Of a stretch of DNA of 64,000 nt, positions 35,915 through 44,335 are shown piece by piece (the stretch's first letter is position 1; every line of letters begins with the position of its first letter). Origin of the DNA: Escherichia phage MIZ4. The stretch is taken from the sequence record OR167180. One strand, written 5' to 3'. A program made the translations under genes and the position numbers. The notes under the pieces are model-generated. The model made no database searches. It saw only the letters and a list, made by a program, of their open reading frames with translations, and had not been told where the DNA came from.

Positions 35915-36105
35915 GGTTTTACCTCAATTCTTCGATATTCATCACACATCCACACAGTAAGCAAGAATCCCAACACATAAGCAACAAAATACGTTAATAC
36001 TTCTTCTGGTTCGGTGCTATGCGCCATCATCAGACCAGCGAGAAAGGTCTTAACAATTACATTTAAAATAATTAGCCACGCAAATAATTTCATCGTTTGC
36101 CCCAT
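35911..36105 (-). CDS. Small hydrophobic membrane protein (64 aa)
   Basis: ORF track. Confidence 0.5.
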   Translation of the reverse strand: MGQTMKLFAWLIILNVIVKTFLAGLMMAHSTEPEEVLTYFVAYVLGFLLTVWMCDEYRRIEVKP

Positions 36106-36329
36106 TTCGGTCGAGTCTTTTCAAACTTATACATTCCGTAACAATCTCGAATCATCCACGTAACAAGAGCACCAGTCAACACCGACAATACACAGAAGAA
36201 GTAAAACGGTCCGGTTGCATTATCAACATGAGCAAGCCAGGTAAAGAAAACACATGCTAAGAATGTAAAGAACATCATAAAGCACAAGAAAGCGAAATAT
36301 TTTATACTACTCATAGCGCCACCATACAA
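36090..36329 (-). CDS. Small hydrophobic membrane protein (79 aa)
   Basis: ORF track. Confidence 0.5.
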   Translation of the reverse strand: MYGGAMSSIKYFAFLCFMMFFTFLACVFFTWLAHVDNATGPFYFFCVLSVLTGALVTWMIRDCYGMYKFEKTRPKWGKR

Positions 36330-36417
36330 CAGATCATAAGAAACCCCAACGCAATAAGAATTGCATCAAATTTAGTGAACTCCGGTCCACCTATCAACAT
36401 CATTCGTTCCTGTTCAT

Positions 36418-36615
36418 TCATAGATCACAGAGCCATCTTAAAGCACCACATAAAGCGAGCAGAATACTAGGTATAAACGAGACTAAAACAAGTTTACAAA
36501 AATCATCTAAGGTAACACCGGAATAGCTACCTACTGTAACAACACCGATCATCAGACACAGAAAGAAAACAAATGCAATCAGAAACAAAGTATTGCTAAA
36601 CAGTTTAGTGATCAT
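36418..36615 (-). CDS. Small hydrophobic membrane protein (65 aa)
   Basis: ORF track. Confidence 0.5.
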   Translation of the reverse strand: MITKLFSNTLFLIAFVFFLCLMIGVVTVGSYSGVTLDDFCKLVLVSFIPSILLALCGALRWLCDL

Positions 36616-36639
36616 TAGACACCCCCACGACGATCAATT

Positions 36640-36810
36640 TCAAAAACTTTTTTTACCATCAACGAAGCATGTCACAACTGCCTCGTTGACTTCCGCAAAT
36701 TGTTGTGTTACCCACTTAAGGTCAGATCGAAACAATGTTCTATTAATAACAAATGTTTTACCGCTCTTATCCTTACCCATAAATTTTGCTTTAACCATAT
36801 CCAATTCCAT
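36640..36810 (-). CDS. Hypothetical small protein (~56 aa), not in ORF track
   Basis: Manual translation MELDMVKAKFMGKDKSGKTFVINRTLFRSDLKWVTQQFAEVNEAVVTCFVDGKKSF preceded by SD AGGTGA; coordinates approximate. Confidence 0.35.
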   Translation of the reverse strand: MELDMVKAKFMGKDKSGKTFVINRTLFRSDLKWVTQQFAEVNEAVVTCFVDGKKSF

Positions 36811-36819
36811 ATTATCACC

Positions 36820-36978
36820 TTATTTGCTAATCGCTAAACCTAATCCGAAGAGAGCACCCGAGGCTACAGTATACCCGAAAGTTTCAAAGGCAGTAAAGAC
36901 ATCTAAGCCACCAGCTAACAGAGTTGCAGTAAACAGAGTACCAGCTACGAACATAAAAGTTTTACCGATAAATTTCAT
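36820..36978 (-). CDS. Small hydrophobic membrane protein (~52 aa), not in ORF track
   Basis: Manual translation MKFIGKTFMFVAGTLFTATLLAGGLDVFTAFETFGYTVASGALFGLGLAISK directly after the conserved GGAGAATCAAA leader; coordinates approximate. Confidence 0.4.
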   Translation of the reverse strand: MKFIGKTFMFVAGTLFTATLLAGGLDVFTAFETFGYTVASGALFGLGLAISK

Positions 36979-37044
36979 TTTGATTCTCCTTTCGTTTGTT
37001 TGTGGGGGTATCTTACTACCCCCGTTTCATGTTGTCAACTATTT

Positions 37045-37422
37045 TTAAGAATATTTTACTTCGTCTACAATGTCTTTCATGACATTGATTTCCATTCCGG
37101 TCAGAACACGTTGGAACATGTGCTGCACATACGCTTTCAGGTATTCATTTGATGGCTTACTATCGAAAGTCTTTTTAGTGTAGTAGTCATCACCGAAAGC
37201 TACTGTAATTACATTTTCGTCGTCGTTCCAAGCGATATAAGCAAATTTGCCGTTATCCCAGAAGCGAGCACTAATTGCTACTTTTGTTGAATCGAATCCT
37301 ACTTCGCTGTGAGATTCAAGAACTACTTGCGTACCAGTTTCTTTATGAATGTAGTAGCGGGATACTAAGTCAAAGTTACGGGTGTAGTGACATTCGAATT
37401 TATCTTTAAACATCATCATCAT
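37045..37422 (-). CDS. Hypothetical protein (~125 aa)
   Basis: Trimmed to MMMMFKDKFECHY, the ATG after the GGAGAATCAAA leader; the track start at 37491 runs through the promoter. Confidence 0.5.
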   Translation of the reverse strand: MMMMFKDKFECHYTRNFDLVSRYYIHKETGTQVVLESHSEVGFDSTKVAISARFWDNGKFAYIAWNDDENVITVAFGDDYYTKKTFDSKPSNEYLKAYVQHMFQRVLTGMEINVMKDIVDEVKYS

Positions 37423-37459
37423 TTTGATTCTCCTAAGTGTGTTTCGTTTCGATATGTGC

Positions 37460-37488
37460 ATTATGCTATAGTCGTTTATGGTTGTCAA
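37460..37488 (-). promoter_or_regulatory. Sigma70-type early promoter cassette
   Basis: Minus-strand TTGACA (37483-37488), 17-nt spacer, CATAAT (37460-37465), immediately downstream of terminator hairpin. Confidence 0.55.
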
Positions 37489-37493
37489 CACCT

Positions 37494-37524
37494 AAAAACA
37501 AAAAACCCCGAAAAATTTTCGGGG
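37494..37524 (-). terminator. Intrinsic terminator downstream of 57B-like gene
   Basis: CCCCGAAAA-ATTTTCGGGG hairpin at 37506-37524 followed on the minus strand by TTTTTTGTTTTT. Confidence 0.65.
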
Positions 37525-37531
37525 TATAAAA

Positions 37532-38002
37532 TTACAGTTTGGTCGTCCACTCCAGGTCTAGATCTTCGACATACTCATGAGATCGGACAATCTCTAAATC
37601 GAACTCTAGGTCAGTGCCAAATTTACGCGCACCAACATCATAAGAAAGCGTGATATGCGGTACATATTCAGGATAATCCCACGTCGCACCTAAAGCAGTG
37701 CCGATATCGTGTCTGAATTGCATGTAGTCGCTTTCAAATGCCAGCACAAGCGCATTAGTACTGGATTGAGTTTCAAACACTTTCAGATGGCATAGAGAGC
37801 CTAAGAACTTCTCCCCTTCTTCTGGGATAAACGGAACATAGACACGAGAATATAAGATAGTGCTATGCAGTTTATCACGAGGAACGGCATTAGGCAGATC
37901 GTAGAACTCCTGCAATTTTTCAATGCGGTCTAGTGTATCCTCAGTGAATTTAACCGCAGCATATGTACCTTTAACGGATTCTCGAAACGGGGTCATAATC
38001 AA
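37532..38002 (-). CDS. 57B: 2H-phosphoesterase family protein, gp57B-like (candidate Acb1-type cyclic-oligonucleotide phosphodiesterase)
   Basis: Two H-x-T/S-x motifs (HSTILYS and HITLSY) spaced as in 2H phosphoesterases; position immediately before 57A and gene 1 matches T4 57B. Confidence 0.55.
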   Translation of the reverse strand: MIMTPFRESVKGTYAAVKFTEDTLDRIEKLQEFYDLPNAVPRDKLHSTILYSRVYVPFIPEEGEKFLGSLCHLKVFETQSSTNALVLAFESDYMQFRHDIGTALGATWDYPEYVPHITLSYDVGARKFGTDLEFDLEIVRSHEYVEDLDLEWTTKL

Positions 38003-38265
38003 GCCTCCGTGATCAGTTCTACTTCCTCTTCTGCTTCTTCTGCGGCTTCGTCTTTAGGGAGAAGTGCTTTCACTTCTTCGACGATAGCATCAAGGGAAAC
38101 AGTCCCGTTTTCGTCTGGCTGAATACCCAGAATGCGTACCAGTTCCATCAATACACGCTCACGATCTTTCAGTTGGCCTTCTAAGAATGCGGCCTTTTCT
38201 TGAGTGTCAAACAGACGTACTTTCAGGACATTAATCATTTGTTCATGCTGATTGGACATATTCAC
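37999..38265 (-). CDS. 57A: gp57A-like tail-fibre assembly chaperone (small coiled-coil protein)
   Basis: 88-aa coiled-coil with acidic C-terminus; positional equivalence between 57B and gene 1; similarity not verified. Confidence 0.5.
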   Translation of the reverse strand: MNMSNQHEQMINVLKVRLFDTQEKAAFLEGQLKDRERVLMELVRILGIQPDENGTVSLDAIVEEVKALLPKDEAAEEAEEEVELITEA

Positions 38266-38291
38266 ATCTCCTACTTGTTGATAACTTTTTA

Positions 38292-38948
38292 TTAAATGTT
38301 CGCGAGAATCGCGCTTTCAAATTCTTCTAATGTACCATTATTTATGATAATGGTTTCACCGTCAATAGGCAAAATTCCTTTTTCGGTGGAGTGAGTCGAT
38401 ACAATACCAGTATCACGCTGAATATGCAACACCTTAGCACCCATAGCACGCACGAGAGCAATTTCAATAGGCTGACGCACATCAACCACTACAAAATAAC
38501 CTTCTTCATTTTTGCGCTTCATAAACTCATTCACGAAGAGATTACACCAATAAAGCGGATTGATCAAGTTAACCATTATATCAGTACCGAGAGTGGTTAA
38601 CATGAGACGAATAGACCAGACGTTATTATGTTTTTCGCCGATCTCATTAACGACCTTGTAAATCTCAGCCAGACAATCACAAGTAAAGGAACTACCGCCA
38701 TACTTCGAATCTAGCATAAGCAGACACTGAATAAACCACTTATGCGCGGTATAGGTATCAATACCTAGATCGGCTTCTCTGTCACGCCCTAACCCGTCAA
38801 AGTCAAGATAAGTCAGACCTAAGTCTGGTTGACATTCGCATAAGATTTCTTTGATCGGTGCTGCCAGTTGATAACTGTGTCCATCAATGATTAACGCGGC
38901 AGTGTCTTTTCCTACTCGCTTTTTACCACAAAGTGCAATCAATTTCAT
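38292..38948 (-). CDS. 1: Deoxynucleoside monophosphate kinase gp1
   Basis: MKLIALCGKKRVGKDT (P-loop), QLAAPIK, SIRLMLTTLGTD, VVVDVRQ...ALVRAMGAKVLHIQRD match recalled T4 gp1. Confidence 0.9.
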   Translation of the reverse strand: MKLIALCGKKRVGKDTAALIIDGHSYQLAAPIKEILCECQPDLGLTYLDFDGLGRDREADLGIDTYTAHKWFIQCLLMLDSKYGGSSFTCDCLAEIYKVVNEIGEKHNNVWSIRLMLTTLGTDIMVNLINPLYWCNLFVNEFMKRKNEEGYFVVVDVRQPIEIALVRAMGAKVLHIQRDTGIVSTHSTEKGILPIDGETIIINNGTLEEFESAILANI

Positions 38949-38963
38949 TATATAAGCCTCTTA

Positions 38964-39554
38964 TTACTTTCTAAAAGCAGGGTGCATAGCTTTAATACCT
39001 TCCACCCGCTGACGATCCGCCGCCTGAATTGCTGGGCGAGGAACGATCAGTTGACCATCACGTTCAATGCTCATTGTCTTAAATGGAAGAATTGCAGTAC
39101 ACACCAGAGATTCATGCATATCATCGGTGTATGTTAACTCAAGTTCCCCCAATTGTGAACACCAACAACCATAAAAGTTAAAAGTGCACACAATGTTACG
39201 TCGTTCATTGTCCATCATATGAACTTGAACGGCTTCCGGCATTGAATCCTTCCACGCTGTGGAGTTACCGTTATTATAGTCTACTATAGAAAGCATCCAT
39301 GTGTAAAGGTTTAGATAGCTTTCCAAATGCTCATCGACAATAAACCGGACTACCAACGGGTCAAACTCCACATGACTAGACGGATAATCAGCGACCGCCA
39401 AACCATATTGACCAGCAACTTGCTTAGTCGGTGGAATGGTTATAGCCGGAAGTGTAACACCTTGACAGTTTAAAGTAAAGCCTTTTGTTAGTTGACCATC
39501 TGGAATGGCAATCTGCCAGTTGCTAGGGTTAGCATAGTTAAAGAGATTAGACAT
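38964..39554 (-). CDS. 3: gp3-like tail completion / sheath stabiliser (positional assignment)
   Basis: 196-aa ORF immediately after gene 1 as in T4; assignment is positional only. Confidence 0.5.
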   Translation of the reverse strand: MSNLFNYANPSNWQIAIPDGQLTKGFTLNCQGVTLPAITIPPTKQVAGQYGLAVADYPSSHVEFDPLVVRFIVDEHLESYLNLYTWMLSIVDYNNGNSTAWKDSMPEAVQVHMMDNERRNIVCTFNFYGCWCSQLGELELTYTDDMHESLVCTAILPFKTMSIERDGQLIVPRPAIQAADRQRVEGIKAMHPAFRK

Positions 39555-39743
39555 TACTGATTCCTCAAATGAAAATATTTATTAACAATTGTCGCTTTGC
39601 GACGTGCCGTAGGCACTGACTACTTTTTAACCGAAACAAATTTTTATTATTCTAAAGATCTTTCTTCGTTTTGGTTATGTTTTAACCAATAACTATATTT
39701 TTATACAGTAATAAATAAAACGGGTACTATACGAGGACTTCTT

Positions 39744-39998
39744 ATGACAGAAGACATTTTGTTAAAACTCTATGATCGTTTGGATAACGAATTAGCAACA
39801 TTGCGGGGTGAAGTTCTCTATTTGTCGAAATGCAATACAGATCTGCTTAAGCAGATTGCAGAAAGGGATGATCAAATAAAATCCCTTTCAGGTGCATTAC
39901 GTGATCGCGACAAGGCATTAGAGATTTTACAGCGTGTTACCAATAAGGAAGAATTAAAAGACTTCTTACATGGTTATGCTCATGCCATCGATCTATAA
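39744..39998 (+). CDS. Hypothetical coiled-coil protein (84 aa), plus-strand gene inside minus-strand block
   Basis: ORF track; SD GAGGA before ATG; upstream TAATAAATA late-promoter-like box; no equivalent between genes 3 and 2 in T4. Confidence 0.35.
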   Translation: MTEDILLKLYDRLDNELATLRGEVLYLSKCNTDLLKQIAERDDQIKSLSGALRDRDKALEILQRVTNKEELKDFLHGYAHAIDL

Positions 39999-40023
39999 TA
40001 AAAAAGCCCGTCATTGACGGGCT
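39994..40023 (-). terminator. Intrinsic terminator after gp2 (bidirectional hairpin)
   Basis: AGCCCGTCA-TTG-ACGGGCT hairpin at 40005-40023 followed on the minus strand by TTTTTTATTAT. Confidence 0.6.
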
Positions 40024-40028
40024 TAATC

Positions 40029-40850
40029 TTATGCATCCTTCCACACCTTCCTTGCATCATAGTTTTTACCTTTAGAAACAAATTTATATGTGTTAAGGTA
40101 GATAATATTGCTCCAGTCTTTCGGGCTAATCTCAACAAGTTTTGTTTTAATGTGTCCCGGTAGATATGCTTTGATCATGTGATCACTTCCACGCATACCT
40201 TTTACATCGCTCCATTTGATTTTTAAGCGTGTTTTATTGCTCAAGGTAGGAGTAGATGCATATTGCTTTAAAAGTGCTTCCAGAAACTGCTGACGGGCTT
40301 TAGGCGTTACATAGTGTAAGTTAAGACCCAGCATTACAGTATTACCCGCCTTTGTCTTAGAATCACCCAGACAAATGATCAGCGGGAAAACATCCCAATA
40401 TGGCAAAGTGTCTTTATACTTCGCATCATACATAAAGGTATAGATTCGCCCTACTTGCGGTTTTACAATCTGGTGTCCCTTTATTCCCGCTTTTATTGTT
40501 TTAGTAAACCACTCCTGTGATTTTTCTTTAGGACGACTCTTTGATACAGCACGCATAGACGCACGAAAATCATTAATCATCATCATTGCGCGTTGCTGCT
40601 TATTGAGACCCTTTGCGCCTTTCCCTTTTAGTTTTTCAACTTCTATTGCTGTTTTAATTTCGCTAGCATAACGAGACATACTTTTAGTGAAAGTCGCATA
40701 GGCTATTCCCTTAGAATCTGCAAATGCTTTAGCTGTCATGCCTTTGGCTTTTGCTTTCGCAAATTCTACACCCAATTCGACCCACTGTTTAGACTTTCGT
40801 TTTTGGGGAGACGGCTTTTCGTCTTCGGTGATTATTTCAAATACGCTCAT
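40029..40850 (-). CDS. 2: gp2-like DNA end protector protein
   Basis: 273-aa basic protein (T4 gp2 is 274 aa) directly downstream of gp4; positional and size match, sequence similarity not verified. Confidence 0.55.
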   Translation of the reverse strand: MSVFEIITEDEKPSPQKRKSKQWVELGVEFAKAKAKGMTAKAFADSKGIAYATFTKSMSRYASEIKTAIEVEKLKGKGAKGLNKQQRAMMMINDFRASMRAVSKSRPKEKSQEWFTKTIKAGIKGHQIVKPQVGRIYTFMYDAKYKDTLPYWDVFPLIICLGDSKTKAGNTVMLGLNLHYVTPKARQQFLEALLKQYASTPTLSNKTRLKIKWSDVKGMRGSDHMIKAYLPGHIKTKLVEISPKDWSNIIYLNTYKFVSKGKNYDARKVWKDA

Positions 40851-40861
40851 AATATTATCCT

Positions 40862-41335
40862 CTATTTGTTAAGCCCTTTAAAACCAAACACTTTCTTTAA
40901 TGCATGTTCGGTTATGATCTTAAACTCCATGTTATGCTTTTGGCATAATTTCACGGCAGCTAACCATTTTTCAGTATTTTTTGTGTACGTCCACACTTCA
41001 TGCATATATCGTTGCTTTGTCTTCGCGGTCATTCTTTTTGGCTTTTCCGGTGGCCTTGTCTCTTTAGCTGGTTTAACTTCCCATAAATGCTCCTTGCCAT
41101 CATCAAACTTAACGTAAAAATCCATAAAGTATCTGTGTCTTTTCCCGTCTGTTGATGACTCATAAGGAATTACTACGGTCTCAGATCCCCATTTTGCAAC
41201 TCTAGGATTGCGGTCTAGCCACTGCATGATCCATCTTTCCCAGCTTGAACGGTATGTGATCTTACGTATATCCCCTTTATACTTTTCCTTATTCTCAGGA
41301 ACATACTTGCCCTTATAAGTGTTAGATCCTCCCAT
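40862..41335 (-). CDS. 4: gp4 head completion protein
   Basis: YKGKYVPENKEKYKG...YRSSWE...VIPYESSTDGKRHRYFMDFYVKF...EVKPAKETRPP resembles recalled T4 gp4; divergent from gp53 as in T4. Confidence 0.7.
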   Translation of the reverse strand: MGGSNTYKGKYVPENKEKYKGDIRKITYRSSWERWIMQWLDRNPRVAKWGSETVVIPYESSTDGKRHRYFMDFYVKFDDGKEHLWEVKPAKETRPPEKPKRMTAKTKQRYMHEVWTYTKNTEKWLAAVKLCQKHNMEFKIITEHALKKVFGFKGLNK

Positions 41336-41350
41336 TTTAGCACCCTTTAT

Positions 41351-41358
41351 TATAAATA
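41351..41358 (+). promoter_or_regulatory. T4-type late promoter box TATAAATA upstream of gp53
   Basis: Exact TATAAATA 33 nt upstream of the gp53 ATG; lies between the two arms of an 11-bp inverted repeat TTTAGCACCCT/AGGGTGCTAAA. Confidence 0.6.
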
Positions 41359-41390
41359 CATAATACTATTTATCAATTGAGGGTGCTAAA

Positions 41391-41945
41391 ATGCTCTTTT
41401 CTTTCTTCCCTGCCATTGAATACAACGGCAAGATGATTACTGACATTGTGCGCAATTACCGCGCATATTTCAACGCAATAATTTCTGATTATAACATACA
41501 AACATATTACATTCAAGGTAGTCCACGACCGGAACAAGTTGCATATGAAGTATACGGAAACCAACAACTTTACTGGATCTTGCTGATGCTTAATGACGTA
41601 TACGATCCGTTCCATGACTGGATCACCGATCAAGAGACAGCATATGAATCAGCCGAACAACGATATGCAAATGTAGGAGGAAATCAAGTATTATACCACG
41701 TTGATATTGACGGAAACAAGTATTGGAATCTTACCGAATATCCGAAAGGATCAAGCAATTGGTATGATAAAGGGGATATTCATCATCGTCATTTGCAGTT
41801 TCAAGGTGCATTATCGGCGGTAGACACACTGGAAGATGCGATCCTCCGCAATGAGGAACGACGCAAGATCAAGATCATAGATCCTACACAAATTAAACAA
41901 TTTATTAACGCATTCATACGAGAAATGGAAAAGGCTGATGTGTAA
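41391..41945 (+). CDS. 53: Baseplate wedge protein gp53
   Basis: 184-aa ORF immediately upstream of gp5; size and position as T4 gp53. Confidence 0.75.
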   Translation: MLFSFFPAIEYNGKMITDIVRNYRAYFNAIISDYNIQTYYIQGSPRPEQVAYEVYGNQQLYWILLMLNDVYDPFHDWITDQETAYESAEQRYANVGGNQVLYHVDIDGNKYWNLTEYPKGSSNWYDKGDIHHRHLQFQGALSAVDTLEDAILRNEERRKIKIIDPTQIKQFINAFIREMEKADV

Positions 41946-41956
41946 GGTGATTAATT

Positions 41957-43756
41957 ATGCTAATGTTTAATAACTCCGTTAAATGGTTTACCGGAATTGT
42001 AGAAAACAGGGAAGACCCATTAATGCTGGGGCGTGTTCAGGTTAGGATTCATGGTATACATCCCTCGCTATCCGCACACGGTGACATTCAAGGTCTTCCA
42101 ACCGAAGATCTATTATGGATTACGCCAGTACAAGATATTACAAGCGCGGCGATCTCCGGTATAGGTCAAAGCCCTACTGGTATTGTTGAAGGTTCAATGG
42201 TATTTGGTTTGGCTTTAGATGAACGTTATTTAAACTGCGTTATTCTTGGTACTATTGCCGGACAATATACAGAGAAACCACTTACTACAGAGGGTTTTTG
42301 CGACCCTTCTGGTGCATATCCTCGTTATATTGGTAATGATGTTAATATTCTTGCTCGTGGCGGTATTAACCCAGAAACCGGACAAACAACAAAACCTGAT
42401 AGTGTCTATATTCGAGATGAAAACACTGGAGTTGCAGTAAATCCAGACGACGAGCCATTAGACCAAATTCCGGTTGATGATAATCCTGATTTTACAATCG
42501 AAAAAATGCTGCGGGGCGATGAGGGATATCGCGAGAAATGGTATCTTGATTCAGAAGGATATCCGACAATAGGCATCGGGCATTTGATCATTTATAAGAA
42601 AACCAGTGATCTGGGTATTATCAATAATGAACTTTCTAAGCTGGTAGGGCGTGAAGTTACAAACGGAAGACTTACCGCCGAAGAAGTTAGTAAAGTATTT
42701 GCTGACGATATAGAAAAGACTCGTCGTGATATGCGCAAACATCCACGAATTGCACCTGTCTATAATAAATGTAATGCCTCACGTCGTATGGCATTAGAAA
42801 ATATGGCGTTTCAAATGGGTGTTGGAGGATTGGGTAAATTTAAGAATAGTCTTGCTGCGATGTTAGCGGAAGAATGGAAACAAGCCTATGATGGATTACG
42901 TCAATCGGTATGGGCTAACCAAACTCCAGGACGCTCCAGCCGTGTTTCTAAAATTATTTTAACTGGTAACTTAGAATCATATGGCGTAATTGCTCCAAAG
43001 AAAGAGGAATCAATTTCGGATGATCCGCGAGCACGTTTGAGAAATGCCCGTATTGCTGCCTATAAGACGCAGAGAGCAGAAGAAGACCCAGAAGCACCGT
43101 TTACCCCACAAGACACACGAATCATGTTTAAAGAGCCTAAGAGTTCGTATTCTGCGAGGTATCCTTATAACCATGTGTACGAGTCAGAGAGCGGTCATAT
43201 TATCGAGATTGATGATACTCCTTCTCATGAGCGATATCATCGTAAACATCCTTCTGGTACATTTGAAGAAACCAGACCGGACGGAACGAGGGTAGAAAAG
43301 ATTGAAGGTGATGACTATTTGATCGTTAAGCAAGGCCGCAAAGTCAACGTTAAAGGCAATCTGCAAGTTGTTGTTGAAGGTGACGCGCAAGTTTATTATA
43401 TGGGTAATGTAATGCAAACCGTTGATGGTAACGTCACGGAATTTATTCGTGGCAATGTTAATCAGACCGTTGAGGGTACAGCTAATATGCATGTTGTAGG
43501 TGATGTTACCGCACAGCTTGACGCTAATTTGACGGCTAACGTCAAGGGTAATGCTGAATTAATGATCGAGGGTAACACTACCGAAACAATTAAAGGTAAC
43601 TATGATTTAACCGTTGAGGGTAATTTTAATATGACCGTCAATGGCACTAAATCAGATCAGGTTAATGGTGACTGGTCCCGTAATTGTGGTGCAAGCGTTA
43701 AAGATATTGCATCTGGTACAGTTAAAATTGATGGTAGCCGTATTGATCTTGGGTGA
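41957..43756 (+). CDS. 5: Baseplate hub and tail lysozyme gp5
   Basis: N-terminus VKWFTGIVENREDP...SAAISGIGQSPTG, lysozyme block GYPTIGIGHLI, and C-terminal beta-helix VxGx repeats match recalled T4 gp5 architecture. Confidence 0.93.
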   Translation: MLMFNNSVKWFTGIVENREDPLMLGRVQVRIHGIHPSLSAHGDIQGLPTEDLLWITPVQDITSAAISGIGQSPTGIVEGSMVFGLALDERYLNCVILGTIAGQYTEKPLTTEGFCDPSGAYPRYIGNDVNILARGGINPETGQTTKPDSVYIRDENTGVAVNPDDEPLDQIPVDDNPDFTIEKMLRGDEGYREKWYLDSEGYPTIGIGHLIIYKKTSDLGIINNELSKLVGREVTNGRLTAEEVSKVFADDIEKTRRDMRKHPRIAPVYNKCNASRRMALENMAFQMGVGGLGKFKNSLAAMLAEEWKQAYDGLRQSVWANQTPGRSSRVSKIILTGNLESYGVIAPKKEESISDDPRARLRNARIAAYKTQRAEEDPEAPFTPQDTRIMFKEPKSSYSARYPYNHVYESESGHIIEIDDTPSHERYHRKHPSGTFEETRPDGTRVEKIEGDDYLIVKQGRKVNVKGNLQVVVEGDAQVYYMGNVMQTVDGNVTEFIRGNVNQTVEGTANMHVVGDVTAQLDANLTANVKGNAELMIEGNTTETIKGNYDLTVEGNFNMTVNGTKSDQVNGDWSRNCGASVKDIASGTVKIDGSRIDLG

Positions 43757-43764
43757 GGTAACTA

Positions 43765-44334
43765 ATGGTTGAAATTCTTCCGATGAGTTCAAAATTGGAG
43801 GATATCAGCGAGCGAGAAATCTTTGAGGTGGTGTTCTCTTATAAAGCAACGCCACCGGATGCAAATACCACATACACGATTAAAGAGTTTAAGATCAGCG
43901 AGTATCGCCCTAATAAGGGCGTTACCGTTGAAGAAACTAAAATATCTGGTGAGTATCGGGATAGTTTTTCGCTTGGCGCGGATTCTCTTAAATATATAAC
44001 GAAAGATAGAATTAAAAAATCTGCCGGAAGTTTTGATGATTTACCAGATCCAACTACCGCAGATCTATATTATTTTAACGCTCCTACACGTCTACAGGAG
44101 GTTTATACTTATAAAGTAACCCTAACCTATATCCAATCTGTTTCAGAGTCTTCTGGTGGTTCTGATGAAGGAAATAGTGGTGGTTCCAATAGCCGAGAGG
44201 GTGCTGGTGAAACTAATCCGCCTCCGGTAGTAACCGAGCACACAATAGAGAAAGTTTATACTCAAACCGTTTTTGGAAATTGGGATGTGTGGAGTAAACA
44301 GTTAAGAGATTATGTTAGAAGAAGTGAGGGATAA
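43765..44334 (+). CDS. Hypothetical protein (189 aa), at the T4 5.1 position
   Basis: ORF track; Ser/Gly-rich segment; positional only. Confidence 0.5.
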   Translation: MVEILPMSSKLEDISEREIFEVVFSYKATPPDANTTYTIKEFKISEYRPNKGVTVEETKISGEYRDSFSLGADSLKYITKDRIKKSAGSFDDLPDPTTADLYYFNAPTRLQEVYTYKVTLTYIQSVSESSGGSDEGNSGGSNSREGAGETNPPPVVTEHTIEKVYTQTVFGNWDVWSKQLRDYVRRSEG

Positions 44335-44335
44335 T

